DNA of 39,152 nucleotides from Pseudomonadota bacterium (GTDB lineage Bacteria; Pseudomonadota; Alphaproteobacteria; Paracaedibacterales; UBA11393): NCBI GenBank assembly GCA_018061565.1, contig JAGOTX010000002.1, positions 1 to 39,152 of the forward strand, read 5' to 3'. Shown piece by piece: positions 38,316 to 39,152 of this stretch (position 1 is its first letter; each line of letters starts with the position of its first letter). The notes under the pieces were generated by a model. It saw only the letters and a program-made list of their open reading frames with translations, ran no database searches and was not told where the DNA came from. The position numbers and the translations under genes were made by a program.

Positions 38316-39152
38316 ATGATGGAAGATTTTGTTTTACCTTTTTCTTTGTTTGATGTCAGCCAAAAAGGGCGCATTGTTTGTTTAAAAGATGAAGCCTTAA
38401 AAATTATTGATCAACATCAATACCCACAGATTGTTAACCACTATTTGTTAGAGATATTGGGGCTTATTTGTGTGCTTGGCAGTGATTCAAAAACAAAAAG
38501 CATTGTAACCCTTCAAGTCTCTGCAGATAAGGATAGCCCTATTTCACTTCTAGTTGCAGACCTTGAACATAATGGCGGTATTCGCGCCTATGCAAGATTT
38601 AATGAAGAAAAACTAAAGGATTTAGCAAGCCCCCCCCCCCTTCAAGATATCTTTCTAAATGGGCGTATGCTTTTTACCGTTGATTTTGAAAATGATACAT
38701 CTCGTTATCAAGCCGTTGTTGAACTAAAGGGCGAAACATTAACCGACTGTATGGCCCACTACAGCAAGCAGTCAGATCAAATACCAACAGATATTAAAGT
38801 ATTTGTGCAGGATTCAAAGTCACATTTAAACGGTTCTCGTCTTGTTTTAGCAATTATGCTCCAACAAATGCCTATTGATCAATCAGCGCTTAATGACGAA
38901 CGCGATCAAAAAATAGAAGAATGGATAACGATCCTTCATTTTTTAAAAACCTTAAAAGCACATGAAGCTTTAAATGAAGATGTATCAGCAAACACCCTTT
39001 TACAGAGGCTTTTCCATGAGGCATCTCTTAACATATATAATGAAAAGCCCCTCTTTTTTAAATGCCGCTGCTCTAGAGAAAAAGTTGAACAAGTCATCCA
39101 ATCTTTTAAAGAAGAAGAGCTTAATGATTTAAAAGAGGATGGAAAGATCCTG
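38316..39152 (+). CDS. hslO: redox-regulated chaperone Hsp33 (3' end outside window)
   Basis: This ORF is not in the ORF track because it has no stop before the window edge. The frame is open from the ATG at 38316 to 39152. The C-terminal FFKCRCSREKVEQVI is the Hsp33 zinc-centre CxC motif. The central ...RYQAVVELKGETLTDCMAHYSKQSDQIPT... matches Hsp33 (..Y.g.V.L.g..l.e....Yf.qSEQ.pt). Confidence 0.85.
   Translation, partial: MMEDFVLPFSLFDVSQKGRIVCLKDEALKIIDQHQYPQIVNHYLLEILGLICVLGSDSKTKSIVTLQVSADKDSPISLLVADLEHNGGIRAYARFNEEKLKDLASPPPLQDIFLNGRMLFTVDFENDTSRYQAVVELKGETLTDCMAHYSKQSDQIPTDIKVFVQDSKSHLNGSRLVLAIMLQQMPIDQSALNDERDQKIEEWITILHFLKTLKAHEALNEDVSANTLLQRLFHEASLNIYNEKPLFFKCRCSREKVEQVIQSFKEEELNDLKEDGKIL

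Noticed and set aside
38183-38374. ORF 38183..38374(-) of 63 aa upstream of accB
   Set aside because: It lies in the divergent promoter region and overlaps the hslO start on the other strand. Its translation is AT-rich and low-information.

Overview
This is an AT-rich, gene-dense bacterial chromosome segment with no rRNA, CRISPR array, transposase or prophage genes that I can see. Gene content and order point to an alphaproteobacterium. The supporting genes are a long-form SerC, HdaA, dusB(nifR3)-ntrY-ntrX, NtrX without a GAFTGA motif, and rsmG-parA-parB with parS. The organism is probably a reduced intracellular or symbiotic lineage (Holosporales/Rickettsiales-like), but that is inference only. 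Most genes are housekeeping: comEC, typA, serC, obg, a PBP5-like carboxypeptidase, mreB, transaldolase, hdaA, rnr, lrp, ntrYX, dusB, parAB, rsmG, phaC, accBC and hslO, plus one tRNA-Gln. The standout is a minus-strand block at 13345-24117. It contains four recognisable type VI secretion core genes in the order tssK-tssL-tssM-tssA, with no tssJ, sheath, Hcp, VgrG, TssEFG or ClpV anywhere in the 39 kb. Three unrecognisable genes lie upstream of tssK. One encodes a 428-aa multi-pass membrane protein. The other two are tandem paralogous secreted proteins occupying the position where tssJ normally sits, and they share an almost identical Ser/Asp-rich, Lys-rich C-terminal module. TssM is oversized at 1565 aa and ends in a 135-aa Asn/Ser/Gly low-complexity tail. 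Other points worth a second look are listed here.
- A 459-bp GC-enriched, hairpin-dense convergent intergenic region that looks like an unassigned structured RNA.
- An excess of 7-11 nt G/C homopolymers, all in frame inside genes and encoding Pro or Gly runs.
- A SemiSWEET-like gene translationally overlapping thiamine pyrophosphokinase.
- A degenerate, signal-peptide-bearing Apt-like protein.
- A secreted class-3 lipase.
- Two parS sites embedded in rsmG codons.
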